DNA of 64,000 nt from an uncultured candidate division Zixibacteria bacterium (GTDB taxonomy: Bacteria; Zixibacteria; MSB-5A5; UBA10806; 4484-95), in contig CAXXKA010000001.1 of NCBI GenBank assembly GCA_963668625.2, forward strand, positions 612,582 to 676,581, given 5' to 3'. This document shows, in pieces, positions 1 through 9,957 of this stretch. The notes under the pieces were generated by a model that ran no database searches, was not told where the DNA came from, and saw only the letters and a list, made by a program, of their open reading frames with translations. Position 1 is the first letter of the stretch; each line of letters opens with the position of its first letter. The position numbers were made by a program, and so were the translations under genes.

Positions 1-1
1 C

Positions 2-190
2 ACTAACGCTTATATACACGAGACCTATCATGTCGGACAGATAAATTATCTGCTGTCATTAACGGCAGGCATGCAGTCGATGAAAGCCAAGTTGAGTATC
101 GGCTCGGGGACTCGCAAGAAAAAAGCCAGTACAGGCAAAACAGGGGTGTTTTCTCTTTCCGGATTACGTTCCATACTCACCGTAAAATAA
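2..190 (+). CDS. 3' end of a DinB/YfiT-like protein (start outside window)
   Basis: Frame 2 is open from the window edge to TAA at 188-190 and contains HETYHVGQI, the DinB H-x3-H-x-GQ motif; a terminator follows. Confidence 0.6.
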   Translation, partial: TNAYIHETYHVGQINYLLSLTAGMQSMKAKLSIGSGTRKKKASTGKTGVFSLSGLRSILTVK

Positions 191-223
191 ACAGGTGGTT
201 TCACAGCGGGGGCATTAGGCGTT

Positions 224-268
224 GCCCGGCCGGCCGGAACCCTCTACCGGCCGACCGGCGTTTTTTTC
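224..268 (+). terminator. Intrinsic terminator after the DinB-like gene
   Basis: GC-rich inverted repeat CCGGCCGGCCGG...CCGGCCGACCGG followed by a T8 tract. Confidence 0.75.
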
Positions 269-286
269 ATCTCAACACTTTCATAT

Positions 287-323
287 AAAATAAGCAGGGA
301 TTCAAAACGTCGAATCCCTGCTT
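287..323 (-). terminator. Hairpin terminator, U-tract on the minus strand
   Basis: Perfect 12-bp stem AAGCAGGGATTC/GAATCCCTGCTT; minus strand continues ATTTT. Confidence 0.55.
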
Positions 324-450
324 GATTGATATTAAAAATACCGGTTTACCAGGTGTGTGTGTATAAAGCGAATCGTAATTTATTAATTGCGTCGCCGGGT
401 GGAGGGAGGTCTTTATTTATCCTCTCCCGGAGACATGCCGCATGAAATCA

Positions 451-510
451 GGTGTCAGGAATGGATTCCTTACACCACCGTCATCCAACAAGGAATTTTT
501 CAACAATCCC
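451..510. repeat. REP-like hairpin GGTGTCAGGAAT-GG-ATTCCTTACACC plus tail; related copy at 27969-28016
   Basis: Hairpin at 451-476; 463-510 aligns ungapped to 27969-28016 at 38/48 nt. Confidence 0.6.
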
Positions 511-579
511 TATGGTGTCGATGAAAACATAATCGAAAAATAGTCTTGCAAAAAAGAAATTTTGTAAGCGAAAGAAAAT

Positions 580-834
580 CACTAGTGTCCGGTCTTTTCA
601 TCTCGTTGCGAAGCGCTGCTTCGCAACGTGGCTTGTTTGCCGGCAGAATGCGCATTCTACATGATTCAAGAAGGTTTCCAAGCAGCGCTTGGAAACCAGA
701 AAACCAAGCCTAACATCGGCAGGATATGTCAGGATGAATGATACGCTGAATAAAATAATTATATCGGAAAATATTTTTCATTAACAATTCCAAGGAGAAA
801 TTTAAAATTTAACGAAAAACACCGGACACTAGTG
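580..834. mobile_element. MITE, 255 bp, non-autonomous, carrying a REP doublet
   Basis: Perfect 14-bp TIRs CACTAGTGTCCGGT/ACCGGACACTAGTG; 9-bp TSD AAAGAAAAT at 571-579 and 835-843; inverted near-complete second copy at 14795-15034. Confidence 0.9.
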
Positions 835-905
835 AAAGAAAATATATGTTTAACATATGCTTCGCTTTAAACCTACACGCAAGGCAAACCGGTGGTTTCT
901 AATAT

Positions 906-939
906 CAAAAAAATAGGGACATTCGATTGAACGTCCCTA
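906..939 (-). terminator. Terminator of the acyl-CoA dehydrogenase operon
   Basis: Stem TAGGGACGTTC/GAATGTCCCTA followed by a T-run on the minus strand, about 30 nt after the stop. Confidence 0.75.
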
Positions 940-967
940 CAACAATTTATTACTGTTTACAGTTTTT

Positions 968-2161
968 CTAGCGAAGCATCATACCGGCGATAACCAGTCT
1001 TTGAACCTCCGAGGTACCCTCGTAGATTTCGATTACGCGCTGATCGCGGTAGAGTTTCTCGATAGGCGAGAACTCGCCGATATAGCCGTAACCACCATGT
1101 ATCTGCATGGCGTGATTAACGCAGAAATTCGAAACCTCGGTGGCAAACAGCTTAGCCTGGGCGGCCTCGAGTGAGTATTTGACACCGGCATCTTTCATCT
1201 GAGCGGATTTGTATGTCATCAAGCGAGCAGCCTCGACCTGGCAGGACATATCGGCAATCTTCCATTGGGTGGCCTGGAATTTCGAGATAGGCGTACCGAA
1301 ACAGATACGTTTCTTCGAGTACTCGATAGATTCCTCCATCGCGCGCTGGGCGATACCCAGACCCTGAGCGGCTACGCCGATACGGGCGGAGTCGAGGGTG
1401 TTCATAGCGATACGGAAACCCTTACCTTTATCACCTAAGAGATTCTCTTTGGGAACGCGCAGATTATCGAACCAGATACGGCCGGTTGTGGCAGCACGCA
1501 TACCCATTTTCTTTTTCAGGGTAGCTGTTTTGATTCCATCCACGAGTTTGCCATCCTTGCGGGCCTCGACGATAATCGCCGACACCTTGCGCGAGGCTTT
1601 ACCCTCGCCTTCCGATTCGGGATCGACTATGCGGCAGAACAACACGAACAGGTCGGCAACATCGCCATGCATGATAAATATTTTCTCGCCGTTAATTACG
1701 TACTCATCACCCTCCAGCACCGCGGTTGTGCTCTGGTTAGCGGCATCCGAGCCTGCATCGGGCTCGGTAAGACAGAATGACGGAATAATCTCGCCATTGA
1801 CACATCGGGAGACATATTTTTTCTTCTGCTCATCGCTACCGAAATGCACGATAGGGTAGGTTGCCAGTTCGCCCACGGCATTAAGCAGGCAAGCAGCCGG
1901 ATCCCAGTAGCAGAGCTCCTCGATTAAGGTGATATATTCGATATTGGAACGACCGCCGCCGCCCAATTCTTTCGGCGTGTTGAATCCTATGAATCCCTCT
2001 TTAGCGAGCTGTTTGTAAAGCTCCAAACCGAAACGATCGGGGTCATCGCGATGGTCTAATTCTTTGCTTACGGGGACTATGTATTTCTGTGCGAATTCGG
2101 CAACCTGGTCACGTACAGCCTGCTGCCGATCATCAATATTGTACCTTGGCTTCATTTCCAC
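968..2161 (-). CDS. Acyl-CoA dehydrogenase (short/branched-chain type)
   Basis: FCLTEPDAGSD, NGEKIFI, KKMGMRA, MQIHGGYG and IYEGTSEVQR motifs. Confidence 0.95.
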   Translation of the reverse strand: MEMKPRYNIDDRQQAVRDQVAEFAQKYIVPVSKELDHRDDPDRFGLELYKQLAKEGFIGFNTPKELGGGGRSNIEYITLIEELCYWDPAACLLNAVGELATYPIVHFGSDEQKKKYVSRCVNGEIIPSFCLTEPDAGSDAANQSTTAVLEGDEYVINGEKIFIMHGDVADLFVLFCRIVDPESEGEGKASRKVSAIIVEARKDGKLVDGIKTATLKKKMGMRAATTGRIWFDNLRVPKENLLGDKGKGFRIAMNTLDSARIGVAAQGLGIAQRAMEESIEYSKKRICFGTPISKFQATQWKIADMSCQVEAARLMTYKSAQMKDAGVKYSLEAAQAKLFATEVSNFCVNHAMQIHGGYGYIGEFSPIEKLYRDQRVIEIYEGTSEVQRLVIAGMMLR

Positions 2162-2172
2162 TCCTTGTATGT

Positions 2173-2586
2173 TTAAAGAAGCTTTTCCTTTCGTTCTTTC
2201 AAATTATCTTTAAGATATTCAACAATTTCTTTGCTGGTTGCGCCCGGAGTAAACACTTTCCCGATGCCCATGGCGGCAAGTTTCTCGGCATCAGATTCGG
2301 CGATGATACCGCCGCCAAATAAAAGTTTATCATCCGCGCCCTGCTCTTTGAGCCCATTTAGAATAGCCGGGAACAGGGTCATATGTGCGCCGGATAGAAT
2401 CGATAAGCCGATCGCGTCGACATCCTCCTGAATAGCCGCGGCAATCACTTGTTCGGGGGTCTGGCGTAAGCCGGTGTAAATCACCTCGAAACCGGCATCA
2501 CGGAGCGCGGCCGCTACAACTTTTACCCCGCGATCATGGCCATCAAGGCCGGGTTTGGCGAGTAGTATTCTCCATTTTCTTGTCAT
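2173..2586 (-). CDS. Cobalamin-binding small subunit of an acyl-CoA (methylmalonyl/isobutyryl-CoA) mutase
   Basis: [11 protein letters not shown] (DxHxxG), SILSGAH and GGGII motifs. Confidence 0.93.
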   Translation of the reverse strand: MTRKWRILLAKPGLDGHDRGVKVVAAALRDAGFEVIYTGLRQTPEQVIAAAIQEDVDAIGLSILSGAHMTLFPAILNGLKEQGADDKLLFGGGIIAESDAEKLAAMGIGKVFTPGATSKEIVEYLKDNLKERKEKLL

Positions 2587-2749
2587 AGCACCCTCTGATA
2601 AAATAGTTTCAGAGTCCTGGTCCGGTTAGCTCGTAAAGGTCATATAAAAACGAGCTTTTAATAAATTTGATCAGTTATAATAACAGAAATCCAAATGAAA
2701 TGCAACTTTTATGTAATTATCTATTTGGGGCAAAATTAGTTAAAACGAG

Positions 2750-3172
2750 CTATTCATCGCCGCGAATATCGTATTCGCCTTCCTCGCCTTTAACCCGGAT
2801 ATTTTGAGTTCCGTTTACAGTCAGGACAACCGTTCTCTCGAAATAAGGATTCTCTGGTTCGGCCGGGTGGCGGGCCGCTGACTCGAATGTGATCGAGACG
2901 TCATCGCCGCCGGGGAAATCATAGCCGCCATCAAGGAAATTCTCGATCGAACGTCGGCCATGAGCAGGCACCAGGTAATTTACCATTCTCGATTCACGAG
3001 TAGCTCCACGTTGTTGAATGATATAGGTTATATAAATCGATTGATATTGCAAGGAATTCTGGAAAGTAATGACGCCGCTCTGAAGATAGTCCGGTGCGGA
3101 TGGCTTATCCTCCGAACAGCTTAGCGATAATAACGCCACAATAAAGACCAGTAAGACAATAACGCGATTCAT
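2750..3172 (-). CDS. Hypothetical lipoprotein
   Basis: Signal peptide ending in the lipobox LSLS-C; beta-rich mature region. Confidence 0.65.
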   Translation of the reverse strand: MNRVIVLLVFIVALLSLSCSEDKPSAPDYLQSGVITFQNSLQYQSIYITYIIQQRGATRESRMVNYLVPAHGRRSIENFLDGGYDFPGGDDVSITFESAARHPAEPENPYFERTVVLTVNGTQNIRVKGEEGEYDIRGDE

Positions 3173-3297
3173 GATACAAATATATAATTTTTTAACAAAC
3201 TATGCAATAATTAATTAGTATAATTGACAGGGCTTACTATTTGATTATATACTGGTTTGAAATAGTCGATAATACATTGTGAGGTAAAGAGGTAAAT

Positions 3298-4173
3298 ATG
3301 TTTGAAAATAAATCGATTCCCCTTTTCCAGGTGGATTCTTTCACCGGTAAGCCCTTTTCAGGAAATCCGGCGGGCGTGTGCGTATTAGAGGAGCCACTGG
3401 AGGATGATGTTATGCAAAAGATAGCTTCCGAGATGAACCTTTCGGAGACTGCTTTTGCGGTTAAAATAACTGCCGGGGCGATGATTGACGCATTGAAATT
3501 CAATTTAAGATGGTTCACGCCGAAATGTGAGGTTGATCTCTGTGGTCATGCTACGCTGGCGACCGCCAAAGTTCTTCATGAGATTTACCAACTTAAAAAC
3601 GATACTATAACGTTTTCATCGCTTTCCGGAGAATTAACCGCTCAACGAAAACGCAATATACATGTACTCGATTTCCCGGCCGGGGATATCGAGCGAGTGG
3701 ATGTGCCCGACTATATTATCAACGCCTTGAACCTGCCAGACTATGAACTGGATACGGAAATTCATGAGGCTGTAATGTGTAAACGCTCGAAAAAACTACT
3801 TATCCGGTTTAATGATACCGAAGCGATTCGTCAGATAAATCCACATTTCAGCGATCTTATACAGGCTGAGGCCTCTTTCGGCAGCCGGGGCATAATAGTC
3901 ACCTCGGCAGGGGATAGGCCATACGATTTTACCTCCCGTTTCTTTGCTCCCATGATGGGTATCGATGAGGATCCGGTAACGGGGGCTGCGCACACGGTAC
4001 TGGGTACATACTGGTACAAGATGCTCAATAAAAAACGTATGAATGCTTTTCAGGCCTCTAAAAGAGGCGGTGAACTCATAGTAGAGTTCCGTGAGCACCC
4101 CAAAGGCCATTACAATCGAGTGTTGATTTCCGGTCAAGCGGTTATCGTTATGGAAGGTGTTCTAAAATTTTAA
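3298..4173 (+). CDS. PhzF-family isomerase/epimerase
   Basis: VDSF...GNPAGV, NLSETAF, LRWFTP-EVDLCGHATLA and EDPVTG motifs. Confidence 0.93.
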   Translation: MFENKSIPLFQVDSFTGKPFSGNPAGVCVLEEPLEDDVMQKIASEMNLSETAFAVKITAGAMIDALKFNLRWFTPKCEVDLCGHATLATAKVLHEIYQLKNDTITFSSLSGELTAQRKRNIHVLDFPAGDIERVDVPDYIINALNLPDYELDTEIHEAVMCKRSKKLLIRFNDTEAIRQINPHFSDLIQAEASFGSRGIIVTSAGDRPYDFTSRFFAPMMGIDEDPVTGAAHTVLGTYWYKMLNKKRMNAFQASKRGGELIVEFREHPKGHYNRVLISGQAVIVMEGVLKF

Positions 4174-4366
4174 GATATCGAGGGTTCTCCCGTTAGATTC
4201 AGTTTTGACCGGTTGCGGAGCGATATCACCTGATGCCATAATTTCTATTTTACGAGGTGACGAACAGATCAGCGGAGTCTGTCTTAACTCGCCATAAATG
4301 TAAAAGATAAGTTTTATCTGAAAAGAATAAACCGATTATTTAATATTGGCTCGAACCTTATCATGG

Positions 4367-4402
4367 CTGTCTTTGCGAGTAGCCGAAGCGGACGGAATCC
4401 CA
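4367..4402. repeat. Degenerate REP-like element (TGTCwTTGCGAG...AATCC type)
   Basis: CTGTCTTTGCGAGTAGCCGAAGCGGACGGAATCCC; a decayed relative appears on the opposite strand near 27836-27868. Confidence 0.4.
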
Positions 4403-4476
4403 TTGGGAGCCCGAACGGGACAACCCGTTTGTTTATAAAACATCCTCCAGCAGTGATCTGTCCCTCCAGCTTGAAA

Positions 4477-5235
4477 TCAGTTAATAATCAGCTGATCACA
4501 TTTGGTGAAAAATTTCTTGATCGCCAGATACAGACCCAGTATGGATGATATCGAAACCGAGGCTAAGAGCATATAGCCGACTATTATCTGTAACAATACC
4601 GCCGAAAGCGGGTTCGCTCCCGCTAGAATCATGCCGGTCATAGCTCCGGGCAGGGCCACGATGCCGGCGGTTTTCATGAAATTGAGTATCGGTGTCATAC
4701 CGGCAATAACCGCCTCCTGTTGAAATTTACGAGTGGCAATTTTCCAGCTTTTACCCAATGCCAACGAGGTCTCTATAGCCAGGCGATTCGATCTGATATC
4801 GGTATCGATACGATTGATTGTCAGGGTGGCGGCGTTCATCGAGTTGGATATGATCATACCTGCCAGAGGTATCACGAATCGCGCCTGCAAATCGATAATG
4901 CGAAGTACCAGCATCAAGCCAATCGTCGAAAACGAGGCAACACTGATAGCTATCAATGAAATAATGAATATTCCATTGAGCTTTTTCACCCGTCCCGCTA
5001 CCGTATGAGCGCCCATGGTGATCATCACGCAAAGAGCCAGGAGAATGAGCCAGATCGATTCAATGGCGAAAATATATTCCAGGGCATATCCAACGGCAAC
5101 GAGCTGTATGAATACCCGTACCGAGCCGAGTGTCATCTCTTTTTGAACGGGAATACGCCATACCCGGCTGATTACGATAGCCACTCCGACAAGTACCAGC
5201 GCAACTAATACATCGATGAAATCCGGGCTGTTCAC
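4477..5235 (-). CDS. fetB: FetB/YbbM (UPF0014) ABC permease
   Basis: R-x2-IQL-AVG, IPLAGMIISNSM and GIVALPGAMTGMILAG motifs. Confidence 0.88.
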   Translation of the reverse strand: MNSPDFIDVLVALVLVGVAIVISRVWRIPVQKEMTLGSVRVFIQLVAVGYALEYIFAIESIWLILLALCVMITMGAHTVAGRVKKLNGIFIISLIAISVASFSTIGLMLVLRIIDLQARFVIPLAGMIISNSMNAATLTINRIDTDIRSNRLAIETSLALGKSWKIATRKFQQEAVIAGMTPILNFMKTAGIVALPGAMTGMILAGANPLSAVLLQIIVGYMLLASVSISSILGLYLAIKKFFTKCDQLIIN

Positions 5236-5942
5236 TGAAGTTTCCTTTCCTTGTACAGCTTGCCCATCTCTGTCCGGGGAGAATTTACGACCTGCTCGGA
5301 ATCGCCAGATTCGATCAGTTTACCTTTAACCATAAGAAGCGACCGGCCGCCCATACGAATTGCCTGCTGGGGATTGTGGGTGATAAATATTACCGTGAAT
5401 TTACTCTGGTCGACAATTTCGCGCACCAGTTTTTCGATAGCTTCGGTAGCGGTCGGATCGAGAGCCGAGGTCGGTTCATCCAGCAGGAGGATATCGGGGT
5501 TTAGCGCCAACAAGCGCGCTAAAGCAACTCGTTGCTGTTCACCGATGGATAGGTTGTCGATAGGAGTATCCAGGAAATCCCCGGTGAGATGAACTGCCTC
5601 GATATGTTCCTTCATCTGCGATTCGGATAGCCTATCGTCAGCGTAAAGCAGATTATCCCTGACTGTCTCGGAGAAAAGGTATGGTGTTTGAAAAAGATAA
5701 CCGACACGCCGTCTGATCTCTGATGGTTTAAATTCGCATTGGTTTTTTCCGCGAATAAGTATACTCCCGCCAGAGGGTTCATCTAGACGGTTTAACAGCC
5801 TTAGTAGTGATGATTTACCTGCCCCTGATGGCCCTAAAATATTGTATATATGATGATCCTCGAAGGCGAACGTGAAATTATCGATAATAGTTTTGTCTTT
5901 GATTTTGCGGGTCAGGTTTTCTGTTTGGATAATAACACTCAT
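5232..5942 (-). CDS. fetA: FetA/YbbL-like ABC ATP-binding protein
   Basis: GPSGAGKS, LSIGEQQR and LLLDEPTSALD; overlaps fetB by 4 nt. Confidence 0.85.
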   Translation of the reverse strand: MSVIIQTENLTRKIKDKTIIDNFTFAFEDHHIYNILGPSGAGKSSLLRLLNRLDEPSGGSILIRGKNQCEFKPSEIRRRVGYLFQTPYLFSETVRDNLLYADDRLSESQMKEHIEAVHLTGDFLDTPIDNLSIGEQQRVALARLLALNPDILLLDEPTSALDPTATEAIEKLVREIVDQSKFTVIFITHNPQQAIRMGGRSLLMVKGKLIESGDSEQVVNSPRTEMGKLYKERKLQ

Positions 5943-6302
5943 TACTCTTAATATAGCGAAATTTTTGATCGAAAGCTATTAATAAAAAGAGGGCCGCATT
6001 TTTCTGCGGCCCGGGCGCGTATTATAAAGGAAGGTTAAAGGCGATTAATTTTCTTATCAGTTTCGCATGTTTGACACGGTATCCAATCTGATGGTTTAAG
6101 AATTTTGTATATACATTGTATCAGAGGGGAAATGAAATAGGCTATTTTATTTATAATAGATGAGGGGGATTGATTTATGTGGTTTGAGTATGTCCTTGTG
6201 CCCCAACTGGCAGGCTTGCAAATAAAAACAGGCAGACAAGAAGGGGCTGTCTTAAAAGCCGTTATGACTTTATGATCCAATGAACATATGCCGGCAACAT
6301 AT

Positions 6303-6334
6303 AAAAAAGCAGGGACGTTTGTTCACATCCCTGC
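6303..6334 (-). terminator. glyA terminator
   Basis: Stem GCAGGGATGT/ACGTCCCTGC followed by T6 on the minus strand. Confidence 0.75.
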
Positions 6335-6365
6335 CTGATATTTTAGTCAATCTAGATAATCGTAT

Positions 6366-7622
6366 TTATCCGTTACCGTTTCTGATTTCGGAGTAAAGCG
6401 GGAATTTTTCGCATAACTGACCGACATCATCCCGGACTTTTTGCAATACTTTCGTATCACCGAGGTTTTTAACAACCTGGATAATGAATCCGGCGACATC
6501 GTCCATATCGCTTTCCACCATACCGCGAGTAGTGATAGCCGGGGTTCCGATTCGGATACCGGAGGTTACGAACGGTTTCTCGGGATCGAACGGTACGGTA
6601 TTTTTGTTGACCGTAATACCGGCTGTCTCGAGATTTTCCTCGACCTCTTTACCTGTGATACCCTGCTTCACGAAACTCACCAGCATCAGATGGTTATCCG
6701 TACCACCGGAAACGATATGCAGTCCGGCATCCATCAGATGTTTAGCCAGGGCTTTAGCGTTGGCGACTACTCGTTTCTGGTATTCCTTGAACTCAGGCTG
6801 CAGAGCCTCATGGAAAGCAACTGCTTTTGCCGCGATTATGTGCATGAGCGGGCCGCCCTGTATACCGGGCATGACCGTACGATTGATATCTTTCCAATAT
6901 TTCTTTTTGCACATGATCAAACCACCGCGTGGGCCGCGAAGGGTTTTGTGCGTGGTGCTGGTTACGAAATCCGCGACCGGCACCGGCGAGGGATGTTCAC
7001 CGGCAACTATTAATCCGGCGATATGAGCGATATCTACCATCAGGTACGCGCCAACCTCATCGGCGATGGCGCGGAATTTATCGAATTCCAGCGTTCTCGG
7101 GTAGGCCGAGGCGCCGGCGATGATCATTTTGGGTTTATGCTCTTTTGCAATTTCTCGCAGTTCGTCATAGTCGATCATCTCGGTTTCTTTATTCACGTTA
7201 TAGGGAACGATATTATAAAGCTTGCCCGAAAAATTAATCGGATGGCCATGGGTCAGATGGCCGCCGTGAGCCAGGTTCATACCCAGTACGGTATCTCCCG
7301 GCTGAAGCATTGCCATGTAAACCGCCATATTGGCCTGTGATCCCGAGTGCGGCTGGACATTGACATGTTCACAGCCAAAAAGTTCTTTGCATCTCTCGCG
7401 AGCGGTAATCTCGGCCTCATCGACGAAAGTACATCCGCCGTAATATCTGGCCTTGGGGTAACCCTCGGCATACTTGTTTGTCATTACCGAACCCATCGCC
7501 TCCATAACCGCACGGGAGGTAAAATTCTCCGAGGCTATCAGTTCGAGGCCGCCGTGTTGACGTTTGGCCTCGTTGCGTATGGCCTCATAAATCACGGGGT
7601 CGGTTTTCTTCAAATTTTGCAT
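6366..7622 (-). CDS. glyA: Serine hydroxymethyltransferase
   Basis: [23 protein letters not shown] and [12 protein letters not shown] (PLP lysine). Confidence 0.99.
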   Translation of the reverse strand: MQNLKKTDPVIYEAIRNEAKRQHGGLELIASENFTSRAVMEAMGSVMTNKYAEGYPKARYYGGCTFVDEAEITARERCKELFGCEHVNVQPHSGSQANMAVYMAMLQPGDTVLGMNLAHGGHLTHGHPINFSGKLYNIVPYNVNKETEMIDYDELREIAKEHKPKMIIAGASAYPRTLEFDKFRAIADEVGAYLMVDIAHIAGLIVAGEHPSPVPVADFVTSTTHKTLRGPRGGLIMCKKKYWKDINRTVMPGIQGGPLMHIIAAKAVAFHEALQPEFKEYQKRVVANAKALAKHLMDAGLHIVSGGTDNHLMLVSFVKQGITGKEVEENLETAGITVNKNTVPFDPEKPFVTSGIRIGTPAITTRGMVESDMDDVAGFIIQVVKNLGDTKVLQKVRDDVGQLCEKFPLYSEIRNGNG

Positions 7623-7627
7623 TTATC

Positions 7628-8068
7628 TTATCCTTTTTCGTAATCGGATATTTTATCCACTCGGCGGGCATGACGTCCGCCCTCGAATTTCGTATTTAAG
7701 AAAGCATCCACTATCGCCTGAATTTTAGCCTCAGGCGTGTACATCTCCGAAAGCACCAGGACATTGGCATTATTATGAGCTCGCGCCAATTCGGACATTT
7801 CCTCGTTAATAGCGAATCCCGCCCGGATACCTTCTACCTTGTTGGCGGCTATCATCATGCCGTTGCCCGAGCCACAGATTATTATGCCGCTCTCAACCTT
7901 GCCGCTTGCAACCGCCTCGGCGGCTTTGATACCGTGATCGGGGTAGTCGGCGCTTTGCTCCGAGCTGCAACCGAAGTCCTCGGTTTCGATCCCTCTAGCG
8001 TTCAGGTAGCCCTTTATCTGCTCTTTATACTTGTAGCCTCTATGGTCTGATCCAAGTGATATTTTCAT
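7628..8068 (-). CDS. rpiB: Ribose-5-phosphate isomerase B
   Basis: SDHRG, DYPD, ICGSGNG, ANKV, ARAHNNANV and FEGGRHARR motifs. Confidence 0.96.
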   Translation of the reverse strand: MKISLGSDHRGYKYKEQIKGYLNARGIETEDFGCSSEQSADYPDHGIKAAEAVASGKVESGIIICGSGNGMMIAANKVEGIRAGFAINEEMSELARAHNNANVLVLSEMYTPEAKIQAIVDAFLNTKFEGGRHARRVDKISDYEKG

Positions 8069-8988
8069 TTTACGTATGTCAACCAGTTATATTTATCCTC
8101 GAAACCATCCTCGAAAATAGAGAAGTAGGCTTTCTGGAGTTTCTCCGTTATGGGGCCTCGCTTGCCGCTGCCTATAGTTATTCCGTCAATTTTGGATATC
8201 GGCGAAACCTCTGCCGCCGATCCGGTGAAAAATACCTCATCGGCGATATAGAGAGCCTCGCGCGGAATCGACTCCTCGATAACTTTGATTCCCATATCAG
8301 TAGCCAGGCGAATGATGGTATTGCGTGTTATGCCGGGTAAAATCGATGAGCCGAATGTTGGCGTCACCAGCGCGCCGTCACGAACAAGGAATATGTTCTC
8401 GCCGGAACCCTCCGAGACATGGCCGTAAACATCCAGAGCGATTCCCTCGACATAACCGTGATTCAAAGCCTCTAACTTGATGAGCTGGCTGTTCATGTAG
8501 TTGGCAGTGGCTTTGGCCATATCGGGCATGGTGCCGGGCGCGTTTCTACGCCAGGAGGAGACACATACCGAGACGCCGTTTTCCAATGCCTCCGGGCCGA
8601 GATACTTACCCCAGGGCCAAACAGCGATAGCAACCTTAACCGGCACGCCGGTAGGATCAACGCCCAGGCTCTCATAACCTCGATACACCAGAGGTCTGAT
8701 ATAGCAGGAATCAACTTTGTTTATATTAATCAGCTCGATAGTAGCCTTGTTTATTTCTTCCTCGGTGAAAGGCACCTCCATGCGGTAGATTTTGCTCGAA
8801 TTAAACAGCCTGTGGGTGTGTTCCTGAAGGCGGAAGATTGCCGGGCCTTTGGGGGTGTTATAGCATCTGGCGCCCTCGAACAGCCCCGAACCGTAGTGGA
8901 TAACATGAGATAGAATATGAATCTGAGCTTCATCCCAGTTTACGAATTCACCATCCATCCAGATTTTTTCAGTTTTATTAAAAGGCAT
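8065..8988 (-). CDS. ilvE: Branched-chain amino acid aminotransferase
   Basis: HYGSGLFEG, EGSGENIF, ILPGITR and ADEVFFTG; start set at ATG 8988 behind the SD GGAGG. Confidence 0.96.
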   Translation of the reverse strand: MPFNKTEKIWMDGEFVNWDEAQIHILSHVIHYGSGLFEGARCYNTPKGPAIFRLQEHTHRLFNSSKIYRMEVPFTEEEINKATIELININKVDSCYIRPLVYRGYESLGVDPTGVPVKVAIAVWPWGKYLGPEALENGVSVCVSSWRRNAPGTMPDMAKATANYMNSQLIKLEALNHGYVEGIALDVYGHVSEGSGENIFLVRDGALVTPTFGSSILPGITRNTIIRLATDMGIKVIEESIPREALYIADEVFFTGSAAEVSPISKIDGITIGSGKRGPITEKLQKAYFSIFEDGFEDKYNWLTYVK

Positions 8989-9180
8989 AAACCCTCCATA
9001 GCATAGTTTTAGATTTTCAATCAGGCCAATATAATAAAGTCCGACGATTATATGCAACCAAAATCCGGTATTTAATCCGATATGAAAATCATTGATATTT
9101 AAGGGGATGAGAGGTTATAATGGATTAAGGTTACTGTCGGCTTAAACGACATGATTATACTGAAAGCAAAGAGGTTAAGT

Positions 9181-9957
9181 ATGAATACCGGAAGTATAAT
9201 ATCAAATTCTATTAAAATAATGATGTTATCGGTCATGATAGCGGCTTGCTGCTGTGGCCCGAATATATCATCGGAAAACTACTCTGAAAGCAAAAGCAAA
9301 GCTATCAGGCTGGTTGATGATGGGAGATGCGATAAAGCCGTTAAGTTATGCCGCAAGTTGTTGGAGATAAACGAGAAGGATGCCGAAATATACCGTCTGG
9401 CAGCAGCTTGTTTCGCAAAAATAAACCAGCCCGATAGCGCGGTTTTTTACTATCAGGGAGCTATAGTATTCAATCCCTCGGATCGCCAGGCTTATGAACG
9501 TATAGCCGATATTTATTACGATAAAACCGACTATCACACCGCTATGACCTGGTATGATAAAGCATTGCAGATTAGCTATATCAGCCCCGAAAGCTATGTC
9601 AGGTTAGCGAAAATACATCAGAACTGGAGCGAATATGCTTTTGCCGGAAGATATTACGGTTATGCCCTGGCGGCCGATCCTGACAATGTTGAAGCGCTTT
9701 ATGGCCTCGGCACGATACAACTTCAAACCGGTGACACCACGGCGGCAATTAGCTCTTTGAGCAAAGCGGCGGAATCGGGTAAACATGCCGGCGCCGCCTA
9801 TAAGCTGGGGGTTATTAATCAACAGATGAAAGACTACAGTAAGGCTATCGGCTGGCTGGAGAAATGTATCGAGTTCAGCGATGACCAATCGTTGAAAGAT
9901 AAAGCCTACCAGTTCAAGATGGAGATCGTGATGCGGATGAGGGACGGGCAGCAGTAA
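9181..9957 (+). CDS. TPR-repeat protein, probable lipoprotein (start uncertain, 9151-9222)
   Basis: Hydrophobic N-terminus ending AAC; several TPR helical pairs. Confidence 0.75.
   Translation: MNTGSIISNSIKIMMLSVMIAACCCGPNISSENYSESKSKAIRLVDDGRCDKAVKLCRKLLEINEKDAEIYRLAAACFAKINQPDSAVFYYQGAIVFNPSDRQAYERIADIYYDKTDYHTAMTWYDKALQISYISPESYVRLAKIHQNWSEYAFAGRYYGYALAADPDNVEALYGLGTIQLQTGDTTAAISSLSKAAESGKHAGAAYKLGVINQQMKDYSKAIGWLEKCIEFSDDQSLKDKAYQFKMEIVMRMRDGQQ

Noticed and set aside
602-699. Palindromic repeats as a possible CRISPR array
   Set aside because: Only two, inverted and non-identical; no regular spacers and no cas genes anywhere in the window.
6035-6280. 81-aa minus-strand ORF between glyA and fetA
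   Set aside because: No SD or recognisable motif; the region looks like decayed REP-like and AT-rich intergenic DNA.
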